Of a stretch of DNA of 64,000 nt, positions 34,859 through 52,588 are shown in pieces. Made by a program: the position numbers and the translations under genes. Within the stretch, counting starts at the first letter, position 1; each line of letters begins with the position of its first letter. The notes under the pieces are model-generated. The model was not told the DNA's origin. It saw nothing but the letters and a program-made list of their open reading frames with translations, and made no database searches. The DNA is from Chrysomallon squamiferum (lineage: Eukaryota; Animalia; Mollusca): NCBI GenBank assembly GCA_012295275.1, contig CM022674.1:17298001-17362000 (forward strand), given 5' to 3'.

Positions 34859-36600
34859 GTAAGTAAATAAATAAGTAAATAAGCATATTCAAGATACACT
34901 GACATTTAAAAAGATTAATTATGTCTGTTATTTTTTATTTTTTATTATTTTATTTTATTTTATTATGGTCTCCGTCTCTCTGTTCTGGTTATACTCGTTA
35001 ATTCTCTCTTTCTTTCACTACTTTCTCTTCTTATCTCTTTCTCTATCTCACAAATTTGTTTCATCCTTATCTTTTAGTATTTAGAATTAGTAATTATTTA
35101 TTTATTTGGCTGGTTAGGTAGTTAATTAGAAAGATAGATAGATGGGCTGTTGTTGGCTCGTCAATTTGAATGAATTATAAACATCAAAAGACTAGGAAAA
35201 TGGGTACATATCGCATCAAAGGAGATATGATAGATCTCTGGAAAGCCAGAAATTGTGTTGTTTTCTTATCATAGTCACTACGTATAATACCTTCAGTGGG
35301 AATATCAGCAAAGATGAGCCTATCACAGAAAGAAAACAAATAATCAAAATAAATATGACAAACACACTGAACTAACAATAGTAATCCATTTTTATATCAG
35401 CATTCGCTTTAGTGCTAGACATAGGCTTAATTCAAACACAGATAAAGTGTCATATTAGGATCAGGAATTTCCAGGAATGAAAACTAAGAAAGAGGAGACT
35501 ACCGGTGACAAAATGAAGAAGAAGAACACCACCACCAGCACCAACAGTAATAAGAACAACAACAGCAGCAGCAACAACAATCGTTACTACTCATAACATA
35601 ATACCGTTAGTACTACTATAACTACAGCGAATTAACCAAATACTACTGTTTCTACTACAACTACTACTACTAATACAGTTACTAATTCTGAAACCACAAC
35701 AACTATAACTAGAATACTTACTACCACTACTTTTACTACTGCTGTTTCTGCTACTGCTACTGCTATTATTACTACTACTACTACTACGGCTACTACTACT
35801 GTTTCAACTACATCTTTTTTGGGTCAACGTACAAACGTCTCAAATTGGCTCCAGTTTCTGTTAGAACTTTCCTCTGTTTGCCACTTTGAAGGTCAATGAA
35901 CTCTATATTGTTGCCACCGGAATAATAGTCTACGATTTTTGCTATCCAGTGCTGTATCAAAAATCTGCGGAACGTCTGAAATTAAGTAACGAAAATAGAA
36001 ATCTGATATTTTTAAACTAGAAATTAATGAGAAATATAATACAGGATTGTTTTTCAAATTAGTCAAATTCTTAAAGAAGGTCTTAAACACAAATATTATT
36101 AAAAACAGAAAGCCAGAGACACAAAAGTGTTAAAATGTTTAAGATAAAAAAGGTACTAAGAGACAGACAGGTAGGTATCTCGCAAAAAATGTACACACAG
36201 ACTATTACAAACACACACACACACACAGCCACACACACACACACACTCACAAACACACATATAAATAAATAGACATATAAATAGATGGATAGATAGATAG
36301 ACAGATATATAGATACATATTTAAACAGATATATAGTCACATACACATGTATGTATATATGCATCTATCTAGCTCAATAGTTCTGTGTGTGAACACACAT
36401 ACACATGCAAACACACATTAACACACACACATACACACATACTTTCTTCTCTGATCTGTTTCTCTCTCTCTGAACGTCTCTCTGTCATCTGTCTGTATCT
36501 CTATGTTTGTGTGTGTACTTATCTCTATGTTTGTCTATTGTCCTGTCTGTCTCTCTTACTGTCTATCAGAAGAATTAATAAAAGTATCGCTCAAACTTAC

Positions 36601-37261
36601 AAAGCCAACCGCTATCATTATCGATATTTCGCAGTACGCCCTGATTGGGCTGCCGTTGTCACGTGGTACAATTGTATAAACTCCGCTTGTTTTATCTCCA
36701 TTCATAATTATCTCTACACAGTCAGACGGAACACTTTCTGTAATAATAATAACAACAGTGATGATAACGCTAGTTTATGAATTTGTATGCGAAAAGAATA
36801 AATACATAATTCAGGAATAAACTAATAAAATAATTCATATATAAAAAATAGACTTATAAACAAACACACATACAATAAAACAATTCTAAATTTATTTTAT
36901 ACAACATTTGATTTATATATAAGTAAAAAACAAAGTACAACATACCATAATATTCTGTATTTGTCTCGCTAACAAAAAAGGGAGAAGTCAATGGTTCATT
37001 GTACAGATCACACATGCTGTTTCCGCTGTTGTAGATGAAACCTTTGCAACCGAAGTAGGTGGAACATTCTGTGACGCAGCGTACTTGACTGGACACGGTC
37101 AATTCTTTTGAAGGATCTCCTGCAGGTTTCTTATCTTTGTACTGTGGTAACTTTCGAAAAGTCTTACGAGTACCAAGCTCGGAATTGGCTAAAGAAACAA
37201 CGGTTATCAGAATTGCTAAAACACAGAATATTATCTCGTGGATCTTTTTTATTATCTCCAT
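36601..37261 (-). pseudogene. FREP 5' cassette copy E (most diverged): exon1 37261-36946 intact, exon2 36737-36601 with compensating indels
   Basis: PAN variant CVTECSTYFGCKGFIYNSGNSMCDLY. Exon2 keeps the canonical SGVYTI but ends EISIMIAVGF rather than EISDNDSGWL. Confidence 0.85.
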
Positions 37262-38304
37262 TTTGTAAATGGTATCAATGTCGAAATTCAGATAACTGTA
37301 TTCAGAAATAAATTAATCTACTTATATGAAGAGATTTCAATCGTTATTCCACAGAGCCAAATAAACTAGTAATTTCTTCTCCTAATGTTTCCAAGGCACT
37401 GTCACTACCAGACTGATCTCATCAAATATATTAAGCGTTTCACACAAGCTTCTGTTTTCAGTCCTGTGTTAAATAAAACCTTTTCTAATAATTTCTGCAG
37501 CTTCTCTCAGTTTAGCTGAAACATACAGAAGCCAAACAGAACGGTAATCACATTCGGTGAACAAATATGTTATGCTACAGTGAATATGGATAATTTTATT
37601 AATAATGTAGTGATTATTGATATTTTTGTGTAAGTTATACTGATTCTTTCAATTTATCTGAAATAAATAGAAGGCGAACAGAATTGTTTATTCGTATAAT
37701 AGTGATCAGGGAAATGATCATTTGAAATATGATTTGTTCTGTCTTGCTTCAGCGATTGGTTTAGGGGGAAATGTTTGTTATCTTTCTTTTCGTTGCTGTA
37801 TCTTTGTGGGTTTTTGTTACTGAGGGGAGTGTGTGTTTATATGGTTGTTCTGTTTATTTTTATTGAGTCATGTTGTTGCTTTTGTTGTTCGTACTGTTGT
37901 TTTATTGTATTAATATATATTTGTAAGTATATATCATGTGGGATCTCTTAGGTTTAGAGGAAGCTAGTATGTACATCTTGTCATTTTTTTAGTAATAGCA
38001 ATCGTAGTAATAGTATAGTAAGTTAAGAGGTAGCTAGCTTGTATATCTTGTTAATTTTTAGTAGTAGTAATTGTAGTAATAGTATAGTAGGTTTACAGGA
38101 AGCTGGTATGTACATCTTTTTAATTTTTTAGTAATAGTTATGTAGTAATAGTATAATAGGTTTACAGGAAGCTGGTATGTACAATCTTGTTAATTTTTTA
38201 GTAATAGTAATTGTAGTAATAGTATAATAGGTTTAGAGGTAGCTAGTATGTACATCTAGTTAATTTTGTTCTAATGTCACTAAATAAAAGTCAAATCAAA
38301 TCAC

Positions 38305-41595
<3,291 letters not shown>

Positions 41596-42271
41596 CCTGT
41601 CTCTCGTGATAAAGGTTCCCTTGTTACTTTTAAAACTTCTTTTTTTCCGATACACATATCTGGCCTACTTCTTTAGAGAGCAGAAATAAAATATTGGTAA
41701 TAAAGATTAAAAATATAACTGATTTTCTAATCAGTGTATTTAATTAACCGTTACGGTCCGTATCAAAGGCGGATCGATTGTTCTAGAACTGGCGAAGTTT
41801 CAGGAAAAAAAAATTCAGGGTGTTTGCTAAAGTAAAAAATGCTGGGCAATGTTTTATAAGCAAATACACAAAGATAGATTCTGAGTATCGCCCATTCTGA
41901 ATTACATTTGCATGAACAAAACCAGGTTGTGTGTAGCAGACTATATCTATCAGCTAACATAAACTAGTATGCTCAGCTCCTGAATACCTGACATACTTTT
42001 CCTATCTGCTGGTTGTCAGTTTCGACTTCCCCGTCCATCATACTTGTTTTATGTCCACATCGATTCCAGGAATTACAGAAATACACAATTCATGCTTGAC
42101 CTGCTACAGTTCTTTATGAATTCTTTGTCGATCGGAGCGGTTGAGAGAACATAATATATTGTTTACTCGTATGAAATAATATCATAATTTAAAACAAAAA
42201 ATCATTTTTCAATCCTGTCCAAAAAGTTAAAACTGGATTTGGTAAAGGACGTCATTGTTTGCACCGTGATA

Positions 42272-43598
42272 CAGGGTTAGGGTTAGAGTTTGAGTTAGGA
42301 TTTTTTAATTTTATTATAAATGTTATGATAAACTGCAAAATACTTTGAGAGTCACGATTTGTTCCCAACCTCCATAGGATTAGGTTTGGATGTTAAGCTA
42401 CGGTTAGGGTTAGGGTTAGAGCTAGGATCATTTAAATGTTATCATTAGTGTTATGATAATATGCAAAATAATTTGGGGTCACGTTAGGGTCAGGGTTAGG
42501 GTTAGGGTTAGAGCTAGGATCATTTAAATTTTATCATTAGTGTTAATGCAAAATGATTTGGGGTCACGCTTGGAAGTAACGTAAGGGTAAGAAATAATGT
42601 TGCGAACCTCCGTACTATTCCTTTAGAAATTGAGCTAGCGTTAAGGTTAGGGTTAGGGTCAGTGTTAGTGTTAGTGCTACGGTTATTTAAGTTTTATCAT
42701 TAACGTTATGATAATGTGAAAAATAAATTCTGGGTCACGATTGGAAGTAGCGTAAGGCTAACAATAAAAGATGCGGACCTCCGTAGGATTGAGCTTTGAA
42801 ACTGAGATACGGTTAAGGGTAGGGTTAGGGTTAGGGTTATTCAAATTGTATCACTTGTGTAATGGTAATGTCAAAAATAATTTGTGGTTCACGATTGGAA
42901 TTAGCGTAAGGGTAAGAATTAATATTCCGAACCTCCGTAGCATTAGTTTCGGTAGTTAAGCTAGGGTTAGGGTTAGGATTAGGGTTAGAGGTAGTTTTAT
43001 TTAAACTGTATCATTAGTGTTATGACAATGTGCAAGATAATTTGTGGCATACGATTGGAAGTATCGTACGAATTAATGTTGCAGACCTCCGTAGGTTTAG
43101 GTTTAGAAATTGAGCTAGGGTTAAGGTTAAGGTTAGGGATATACTTAGGGTTAGGGTTACAGCTAGGATTATTAAAACTGTATCATTAATCTTCTAATAA
43201 TGTGCAAACTAATTTGAGGTCACGATTCGAATTAGCGTAAGGGTAAGAATTAATGTGGCGGAATTCCGTAGGATTAAGTTTAGAAATTGAGATAGGGTTA
43301 AGGTTAGGGTTACAGTTTGGATAAGTGTTAGGGTTAGGGCTAAACCTAGGGTTCTTTAAATTGTATGACTAGTGTTAGGATCATGTGCAACATAATGTGT
43401 GAGTCACGTGGAAGTAGCGAAATGGTAAGAATTCATGTTCTTGGATGATTAAAATATTATCATTATAGATCTTATAATGCCCAAAATAATTTGGGGGCCA
43501 CGATTGGAGTTAGCGTAAGGGACAAAACTCATGTTGCGAATTTCCAGGGGATTAAGTTTAGAAATTGAGCTAGGTTAAGGATTAGTGTTAAGGTTAGG
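42272..43598. repeat. Degenerate satellite (about 9 units of roughly 85-185 bp) carrying TTAGGG telomere-like tracts
   Basis: Recurrent gtcacgattggaagtagcgtaagggtaagaat...acctccgtaggatt...gggttagggttagggttag modules. Confidence 0.85.
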
Positions 43599-44782
43599 AA
43601 TACAGCATTTGCCACCATTTTGTTTTCTTTGTCTCTTATTTCTTTATTATTATTTTTTTTAAATTTTTTTACAAAATAGCAAAATAATTTTATTTCTAAA
43701 ATCTACATTTTTCTTCTTTTCTTTCAACACTAAATATCTGAAATCTACATTTTACATCTTTTACTTCAAACTAAATTAATTCCACCCTTACCGGATGTAC
43801 CCATTTTTAAACACGAGTCTGAGAAATATAGAAAACAGTGACTGTGTAATAATAATAATAATAATATTAGTATTATTACTACTACTACTACTACTTCTAC
43901 TATTACTACTACTACTATTACTACTACTATTATTATTATTAGTATTCGTAACTGAAACTACTTTGTGTTACTTGTAAGTACATAATAGACACTACATTTA
44001 CTTGTTCAGTTAAAATATTCATGATATGTATTCGGCCACAATTGCTTAATTATATCGTTTATTCCAATCGAGCCTATATTTCCCACTTGGTAGAGTGCTG
44101 TATAATTTTAAAAATAAAACAAGTAAAGCAAAGTTATGGAATATATGAAAGGAAAAATAGCCAAGCGATATGATTTATTTTATTTAAACTCGATTGTGAT
44201 AGTGTTATAGATTTAAAGACAAATTTAATATAATTTACCCGATTTATATATATATACATATATATATATATATTAATACACATAATATTTGTTATTATTG
44301 GTGTTATTATTTGTATTATCATCATTATTATTTGTCAGTATTCTTCTACTAATAATTGTTAACTCATTAAGAACGAGAACTTTGCTATTTCACCAAATAT
44401 GACTGTGAGACTTACCTCCCTTATACGATGTTGAAGCCCTTAAACGCAGTAGTTTGATAAAAAAGAACCACAAAGTTTCAGATATCGAAACCGCCTGCTT
44501 GAAGGTGTTCCCCATTGCTGATAAATGAACTCATTATTAATCAATTAATGTATTAAGAATACTTCAGAAAACCTCTTTGTTTTATGATTTTATTGACAAT
44601 ACTGTCCTATACAGATCAGGTACTGTAATTATATAAACAGTGAACGAATAACAAGATTGGATGAAAGAAAGGAGAAAAAGACAAATAAATAACGACATTA
44701 TAAAAATTTTAAATTAATGAAATGTCAGACATAATTTTCTTTTTTAATTATTGGTTTTATCATTGTTGTGTTGGTGTTGTTG

Positions 44783-44835
<53 letters not shown>

Positions 44836-44947
44836 GTTATTATTCCTATCCATCCTTTTATTACCATCATCGTAATTATTTTTCAGTACTGATTATGATT
44901 ATGATTAAGATTAGTATTGTTATTGTCATTATTATTGTTATTATTAA

Positions 44948-44983
<36 letters not shown>

Positions 44984-45803
44984 TATTATTATTATTAGTA
45001 GTAGTAGTAGTAGTAGTAGTACTCCTTGTCCATATTTATACGATCATCATCATCATAATCATCATCATTATTATTTTATTACGGAACAGCAGATTATTTT
45101 GTTCAGGATTATTTTGCTCCTGCCAGGACCTAGTTTTAGTTATTTAATATGTGGACCAAAAGATAAGCCACAGGCATAACGGATACAAATATAGCATGGC
45201 GTGTGTCTACACACATGATCGACTTTAGCTCAATTGGTAAGACGTCATTTGCTTCACTATCCTTTCTTACGGTCATTATATCAGTATTTCATACAGAATT
45301 ATAACAACAAGAACAATAACAACATCAGAAGCAACAACAACAACAACAACCATAGCTATACATGAAAGAAAGAAATAACTGAGTTACAAAGATGATTCAG
45401 TATTTTCAACTGATCTATGTAATATACGTTTCTGACATAATTAACGAGCCAAATATATTTTTGAACTGTACATTCATTTGCTATATGGTATCTTCTGTAA
45501 ACAATTAAACAAACAAACAAACAATCAAATAAATAAATAAATAAATCTAACGAATGATGTACAATTATTTCGTGTCCGTGTGCAAGCACAAATGCCAAGA
45601 CCGGAAATTAGGACTCGTTTGCCATGATTTGGAACCTTACTCTCCGGAAGAATGCATCGCAATAACAGATAATAGTCGTCAAGAACAAAACAAAGCAGAA
45701 ACTTGAAACATATCAGGTGAACTGTTCTTCTGATTTATTATGCTGACTAATCTCACCAGACGATAAAATCACGGTAAGAACGATCTGCCCTGTTACACGC
45801 ATA

Positions 45804-45881
<78 letters not shown>

Positions 45882-45974
45882 GCACTGGCACGGAAGAAAT
45901 CGCTCAGTATTTAAGGGCAGTTAGAAGTTGTTTATAATGTATATATCATTAAACGTATTATTCATTATAAATAA

Positions 45975-46069
<95 letters not shown>

Positions 46070-46123
46070 CTTAAGAAAGAAAGTGCAAACAAAAAAAGGA
46101 GCACCATAAACCCCTTAGCTATC

Positions 46124-46222
46124 AGTATCGCTACGGTATATCGCTATATTATATCGCTATAGTATATCGCTATAGTATATCGCTACGGTATATCGCTACA
46201 GTATATCGTTATAGTATATTGC
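46124..46222. repeat. 13-bp tandem repeat (about 7 copies)
   Basis: gtatatcgcta(t/c)(a/g) repeated. Confidence 0.85.
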
Positions 46223-47006
46223 TAAAGGAGATATAAATACTCTCGTGTTAGGCTGATATGGGAGAATAGGTTTTAAGACCATGTAACGATAAACAATATA
46301 ATCGTGACACATTCAGTTTTCTGCAACGTTTAATAACTAAGACTACAATTCTATGCTTTGGGTAAATACCCGTATGCACTTCTGTATTTAATCTCTGAAC
46401 TACGTCAGATGTTCTCTGTCCTTACAAATATCACTAGCAGCAGCAGAACAAATCGTAAAAAATATTAAAATATTCAGTAAAATATCTGTTGATATGGCCA
46501 TGATCGAAATTGCAAGATTACATAAATTTATAACAGCTTTTATTGGTTAATATTTATTTATTTATTTACTTACGTATATACTTACTTACTTACTCGCTTA
46601 CTTATTTACTTATTTATTTGTTAGATACTTAGTTTATATCTTTGTTTGTTATAATTATTGTTAATATTATTATTATTATTATTTCCTTTTTCTCTTTTTT
46701 AAGCAAGTAGCAAAATTATTTTATACTTATTATTTTTTAAATATCGATTGTCTATTTTATATTTATAATGCTATTTTCAGGGATTTAAACATGTACAAAA
46801 AAGAGGTAGAATGCTTGACAGCTAGAATTTTACAAATAGTACACAAACTTACCAAAGTTTTGATAATTCAGTATTAAATGTATTTTAAAAAATAGAAAAC
46901 CTGTCAATGTTACATTTAATGGTGAAAATACCACAACTGGTGAAGATTTAAGAGAAATCACTGATTCACTGTTATATTTTATTTCAGAAGTATATCTCAC
47001 TTTCAG

Positions 47007-48131
47007 AAATTTGATGATAATGACGTCTTCGAAACGAGTGGGAGGTATTACCAGGATGATCTTCCAGAACAGGAACAATTTGACAGGAAAGTCACAGCAG
47101 ATACAATACAATATTTAGAAGAGAAACCACTTGATTTGAAAGTAAAACTTGATCTAAAACAGGTATCAAGGCAAAAACAACTATTCCGTCACAAAAACAG
47201 CAGAAACAGCTTGATGTGATGAGGAAAGCTTATCTAGTACAAGATGCACAGAAGAAAAAACTTGGCCTGAAAATTACAGCAGATCGAGCACAAATTTCAC
47301 AGCAAGAACAACTACATGTAAAAGTGAAACCAAATCGATCTCAAGTTTCACAGCAGAAACAACTTGATGTCAAAGTGAAAGCAGATCCAGCTCAACTTTC
47401 ACAGCACAAACAACTTGATGTTAAAGCGAAAGTACATCCAGTCCAAGTTTCACAGCAGAAACAACTTAATGTGAAACAACCAGAAGTGATAAATGAATAT
47501 GGAATAAAGTATAAGTTTTAATAACAGTGACATATGAGAATGCAGTTTTACTTTTGTTTCAGAGTACATCCTTGAGAAGCTATTGGCCACAAGTTCAGTC
47601 CTCCTTGGATCCTGATCTAACCAATGTCCTAAGTTTTTATCTTTTGAAAAAGTATGTATTAAAAATAATTTGAAAAATAATAGTTCATTAAGACATCTCA
47701 GAAGATTTCCTCTCTTGTTTTAAGTATACTCTTTTACTATTTGTATTACTTAATACTACACAACAATATGTAAACATGTTAGATGTTAATCGTATTGCAA
47801 TTGTACTATTACTTTTTTGTGCCACTAATTAAAATTTACTACATCTATATCTATAATCCCTACTCGTATATATAGACAGACATACACACATTTTGTTTTT
47901 CAGTTTTCAACGAATTTCTCTATTGCATTTGCCAGTAACTTCATTCCAGCTGTTGTTGATTTTCACTTAATGAGAACTTTAGTTTGTTTCCAACTGGGAG
48001 TCGTTGATGTCAAAGTTCAGCGTCTCTCAACAGCATCGTATGTCAATGGACAAGAAGACAACTTCACACGGCTCACACAGTGGTGTTGGTATTTTGAGGC
48101 AGACTCTGGAAATTGGCTGCCTTATAAGCCA
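47007..48131 (+). pseudogene. 5' exons of a PARP12/TIPARP-like gene: 20-aa repeat exon and WWE-region exon
   Basis: Exon about 47007-47508 with 60-bp coding repeats (QVSQQKQLDVKVKADP) and a frameshift near 47190; exon about 47563-47651; exon 47904-48131 PAVVDFHLMRT..VQRLSTASYVNG..TQWCWYFEADSGNWLPYKP, matching the RLST...W.WY...G.W..Y WWE signature. Confidence 0.7.
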
Positions 48132-48429
48132 GTGAATACTAATTTTATTTTGTTGATGAACTACTTTTTTATTTTTTATTCTTATTTATTTTAGTTTATC
48201 TTTTATTTTGTTTTATTTATTTATTCATTTACTTATTGTTTTACTTTAATTTTTGTTTAAAAACGACAAAAAACATTATACGTAAGAAAGATAAATAATA
48301 TTCTAAGAAATGAAAATTTATAAAACCACAATTTAAAAAAAGTAAGAAGGAAGAAAGAAAGAGATGTTTAAAATGTTCACGTTAATACCTACAACATTGT
48401 GTTTATAATATATTAATAGTGGATAACTA

Positions 48430-50552
48430 GTCTACAGACTGTCCAACAGACGAAAAGTGTCTTAGATTCAGTATAAATACTCTGATGTATTTGCTAAAGA
48501 TGACCTTGATTGGGGCTTTTCTGACACAGTAAGAAATCACATACGCACAAACCTTCTGAAGAATTTCATCCATTCTGTATCAGGAACTTCAAGAGCACAT
48601 CAAGAAATATATAAAACAAGATGTAATTCGACCTAGCCAAAGCCCATATGCATCTCCTGTTCTTATAGTGAGAAAAATGGACAACACAATTGGTTTGTAT
48701 ATGGACTACAGGCTGCTGAAAGCCAAAACTTGGAAACACTGCTTTCCAATCTTAGAACAGCCATTAGATTCTTTGCATGGAGGAAAATCGTTCACTGTAT
48801 TGATTATGGCCAATGGATGCAACCAGGTTGCAGTTCAGGAACAAGAGAAGAACAAAACAGTTTTCACGACTCCAATGAGTTTGTTTTAATACAGTCCAAT
48901 ACCTTTTGGTTTACCAACAGCACCAGCCACATTTCAAAGTCTACTGAAACATTACTTCAGAGAGCTGAAATTTTAGATGTTTCTAGACTTTCTGCATGGT
49001 ATTTTTGTTTATGTAAATTTATTTGATGTGAACATACAGAGACAAACACGGGTATTTATAATGTTAAAACAGCATGCGTTCAAACTGAAACCAACCAAGT
49101 TCTGTTTACTTATAAAATAAATGAAATATCGAGGACATATGGTATCTAGAGATGGGGTAGCTACAGATCCAGACAAAATAAAAGCAGTTGCTGAATGGAA
49201 AATTCCAAAGACAGCAAAGGACTTCATGTTGTTTTTCGGGTTTACCAGTTACTATAGACGACATGTTAAAGGATGCTTACATATTGCAAGACCTTTACAT
49301 TCTTTGGCGAACAGGTTACGAGATAAGAAAAATCAATCATTGTTAAATAGTGCTTGGCATGAGAGTTGTCAACAAGCTTTCGAAACATTAAAGAAAAAAG
49401 TTAACTTCAGCTCCAATCAGTGAACCTTCTATTCGGGAAACTGATGCATTTTGTCAAAGCCCTGGACGGGTAGAGTCGCACGAGAAGAAGGGGCAAAGCA
49501 AATTAGCTGCATACGCAAAGCCGTTTGTTAAGACCCACTGAGAAGAGCATGAATAATTACAGTTCCATGAAGTTAGAGCTCGCTGCTCTGAATTGGGTTG
49601 TGAGTGAACAGTTTAAAGATTATATTCTTGGACTTAAATTTACCTATATGCACAAAACAAACCACACAGTCTTTTTAGTACCGTAAAATTAGGAGCAGAG
49701 ACGGGTGTCTCAGCTGGCATCATTTAATTTCGATGCGAAATATTGTTCAGCGCAACACAATAAGAATGCCTATGGACTATACAGGAAGACATTTCAAGGA
49801 AAGACGTCTACTTAAATAGAAGCTGCTTTGACAGATACTGCTACTCATAAGGAAGTTCTACAAACAATCAGAAAAGTTTTCCAGAGTGATAGAAGAAAAG
49901 TCGCTTAGGCAACTGTCATAGCTGAAGAGTTTAATGAAATTATGGAAGTTACAACAACATTTCACAGCTTATTGATTTTCTTGTATAGCTGAGGAACTGA
50001 AACCTCCAGGACAGGAAAAAGATTCAAGACCACTGAGAAGTTAAATGTACAGAGTCACAGAAATGATGGATCACCATGGAAGGATATAAAAAGGTGCTTT
50101 TGATTGGGGTTGAACATCAGTCAGACAATGCCAGAAATAACCATCATCGAGTGAGGATGATGATCCAAATCAATTGTTGGCAAATAATATAACAGCACCA
50201 TATCATGCACAAAACGTTCCGTAGGTCAGCGTACAACAAAACGTACAAATAGAAATCCATATAACATGAAAACGTGGAGGTCAAATATGAGAAATTTGTT
50301 CCATTTACATAATGATGATGTTTTGATCAGACTTAGTGTTACATTAACGTTGCAGAAAATTAAAGACCTAAGAAGTGTTTTGAGTCACAAAAATACCTAA
50401 TAACATGGAATTCCAACACGATAAGTATAATAGATTAAAACAGCAGCAAGTCTAGCTGATCTGTCATTTATCCTCAAAGAGCCGACTGCTATGCTCATGA
50501 CAATGACTGAAATGATATCTACTTCAAACACAAGTATGTTAGTTTTCTTTTT

Positions 50553-50617
<65 letters not shown>

Positions 50618-50900
50618 TTCTTTTGTGTTTTTTGTTATGGTATTTTTAGATTATACTTTATAACATTATTTCTCTATGTTTAGACTTAAAGAACTTGGAA
50701 CATTCCTCAAAGAGACGTCGGATATTAATGTATGGGAAACACTGTCACTGGGGCTGTCTTAACGAACAGTAATAATATGTTACTATTGGTCAGGGGTGTG
50801 GGATGTTATCTGTGTGACTGGGTTAAAAGAGAGTTCAAGAAAGAATAGAGAATATCTGGCAAGAGAGAAAGAAGTTTTGGCCAGTTCTCTTCATTACAAT
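48430..50900 (+). mobile_element. Gypsy/Ty3 LTR retrotransposon relic (RT + RNase H; integrase largely deleted)
   Basis: SPYASPVLIVRK..GLYMDYRLLKAKT; PFGLPTAPATFQ; YRGHMVSRDGVATDPDKIKAVAEW..FFGFTSYYRRHVKG; NYSSMKLELAALNWVVSEQFKDYILG; many frameshifts. Purine-rich caggggtg near 50791 may precede a 3' LTR remnant; the right boundary is uncertain. Confidence 0.9.
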
Positions 50901-51073
50901 TTGGAATTTATTATTAATTATGTTCTACTATAATTGTCTATCATGTAGAATCCTCAAGAGAAATTAAATATACAACCGGGATCCAACTTGTGCAGTTTTT
51001 GTGATAGGATGCATATGACGATGGCGATGATGATGGTAATAGTAGTAGTAGTAGCAGTAGTAGTAGTGGTAGT

Positions 51074-51105
<32 letters not shown>

Positions 51106-51125
51106 TTGACGTTCTTGTTGTTCTA

Positions 51126-51168
<43 letters not shown>

Positions 51169-52588
51169 AGTAGGAGAAGTGCTCGTAAAAAAAATCATAA
51201 TAATAATAACACTGATGATAACGACGACGACGATGATGATGATGATGAAGACGAAAAATAAGAAGAAATAAACAAGAAATATGAAAACAAAATTATCAAC
51301 ATAAAACCAGCAGCAATATCACTGCACGAATAAATAATTACAAACATTTTGCAGTCAGTCTTCAGTATTTTAATTTAATTATAAAGCTAAAATGCCAATT
51401 AAAGAAATATTAAGCTGTTTGCTGTGACTATTAGCTGCATATGATAATCTAGAAAAACTAGAATAAACTAAATACAATATTTTCATTATTTTATAGTACG
51501 TATTCTCCGATATATGGTGTATTTTTTGTGTATATATAGGTAGTTTTGTGTATATGCGTCTGTCTGTCTCTATCCATCTACCTACCTACCTGTCTGTCTG
51601 TGTGTCTGCCTGTCTATCTGCACGTACAACTGTCACACTATATGTTTGTACATATATATTATTTCATTACGTTATTGTCTCTTTCTCTTTCTGTATGTAT
51701 ATTCTCAATTTACTTGTAACTATAGCTATGTATATATGTTTGTATTTGTGTATTATTATTTGTTTGATACATACGTAATACAATTTCTCTCTTTCTCTCT
51801 ATATATATTCATCAAAAGTGTATGATAAAATACTAAATTATTCTGATTATTTTGTTATGTCTAACTGTTCAGTTACTTGTACTTGACAATAAACTAAATA
51901 TGTTCAGTAAACACACTCCACTGCTCATCTACATAACGACAGCTGCGCGTACGCGTGGCTGTGTAGTGAGATAGCGCAGATATGTTACAATGACGTCATT
52001 ACATAGAAAGCAGTCATAACTTGAAAAAGTGAAATATTTATATATAGTTATTGTAGGTTTTTAACATATAGTGCTGTAAAATAATATAATATTCACCATC
52101 AACATACACATAATATGTATAACCATTCATTTAGAAAGACATGCAAACATATCCATCCATCCATCCATACATGCATGCATGCAAACATACAGACATACAC
52201 GGATACTGAACAATTTATTTTATTATTTTTGTTTTCGTCTCGATAGCGGAACGGTAACATCATGCGCCTTCAGAGTACGGGCGAATGGGTGTCATACGTT
52301 CAAGTTTCCTCAGCGGCATCTGACGGAGTTTGTGAGGTCGTGACCGGACTTTGTTTCCTGAGCCAGTACGTTCCCGAATATTGTCTATGTGCAGAGTCTA
52401 ATCAGATGTACATAAGACAGAGAATGAAATACATACCTGCATATATTCACATACAAATACAAATAATATGGAAATACATTGACACATTTATAAATATATA
52501 ATTTTTGTCTAATGTAACACAGATATTAACATTTCAAAGCTGCAATTATTGAAGACAAAATATAAATAGAATAATAAAAACTACTTAC

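Noticed and set aside
42272-43598. True telomere or chromosome-fusion site
   Set aside because: TTAGGG runs are only 2-4 units within longer degenerate units, and there is no head-to-head TTAGGG/CCCTAA switch.
45222-45245. tagctcaattggtaa resembling a tRNA A-box
   Set aside because: No B-box (GTTCRA) or cloverleaf downstream.
50543-50616. Long poly-T as the tail of a retrocopy
   Set aside because: It lies within the Gypsy 3' region; no adjacent processed gene or target-site duplication is recognisable.
52247-52368. Plus-strand exon (RNGNIMRLQSTGEWVSYVQ...) belonging to the PARP gene
   Set aside because: AG/GT bounds exist, but there is no PARP or WWE motif. It could equally be part of the adjacent minus-strand GPCR island.
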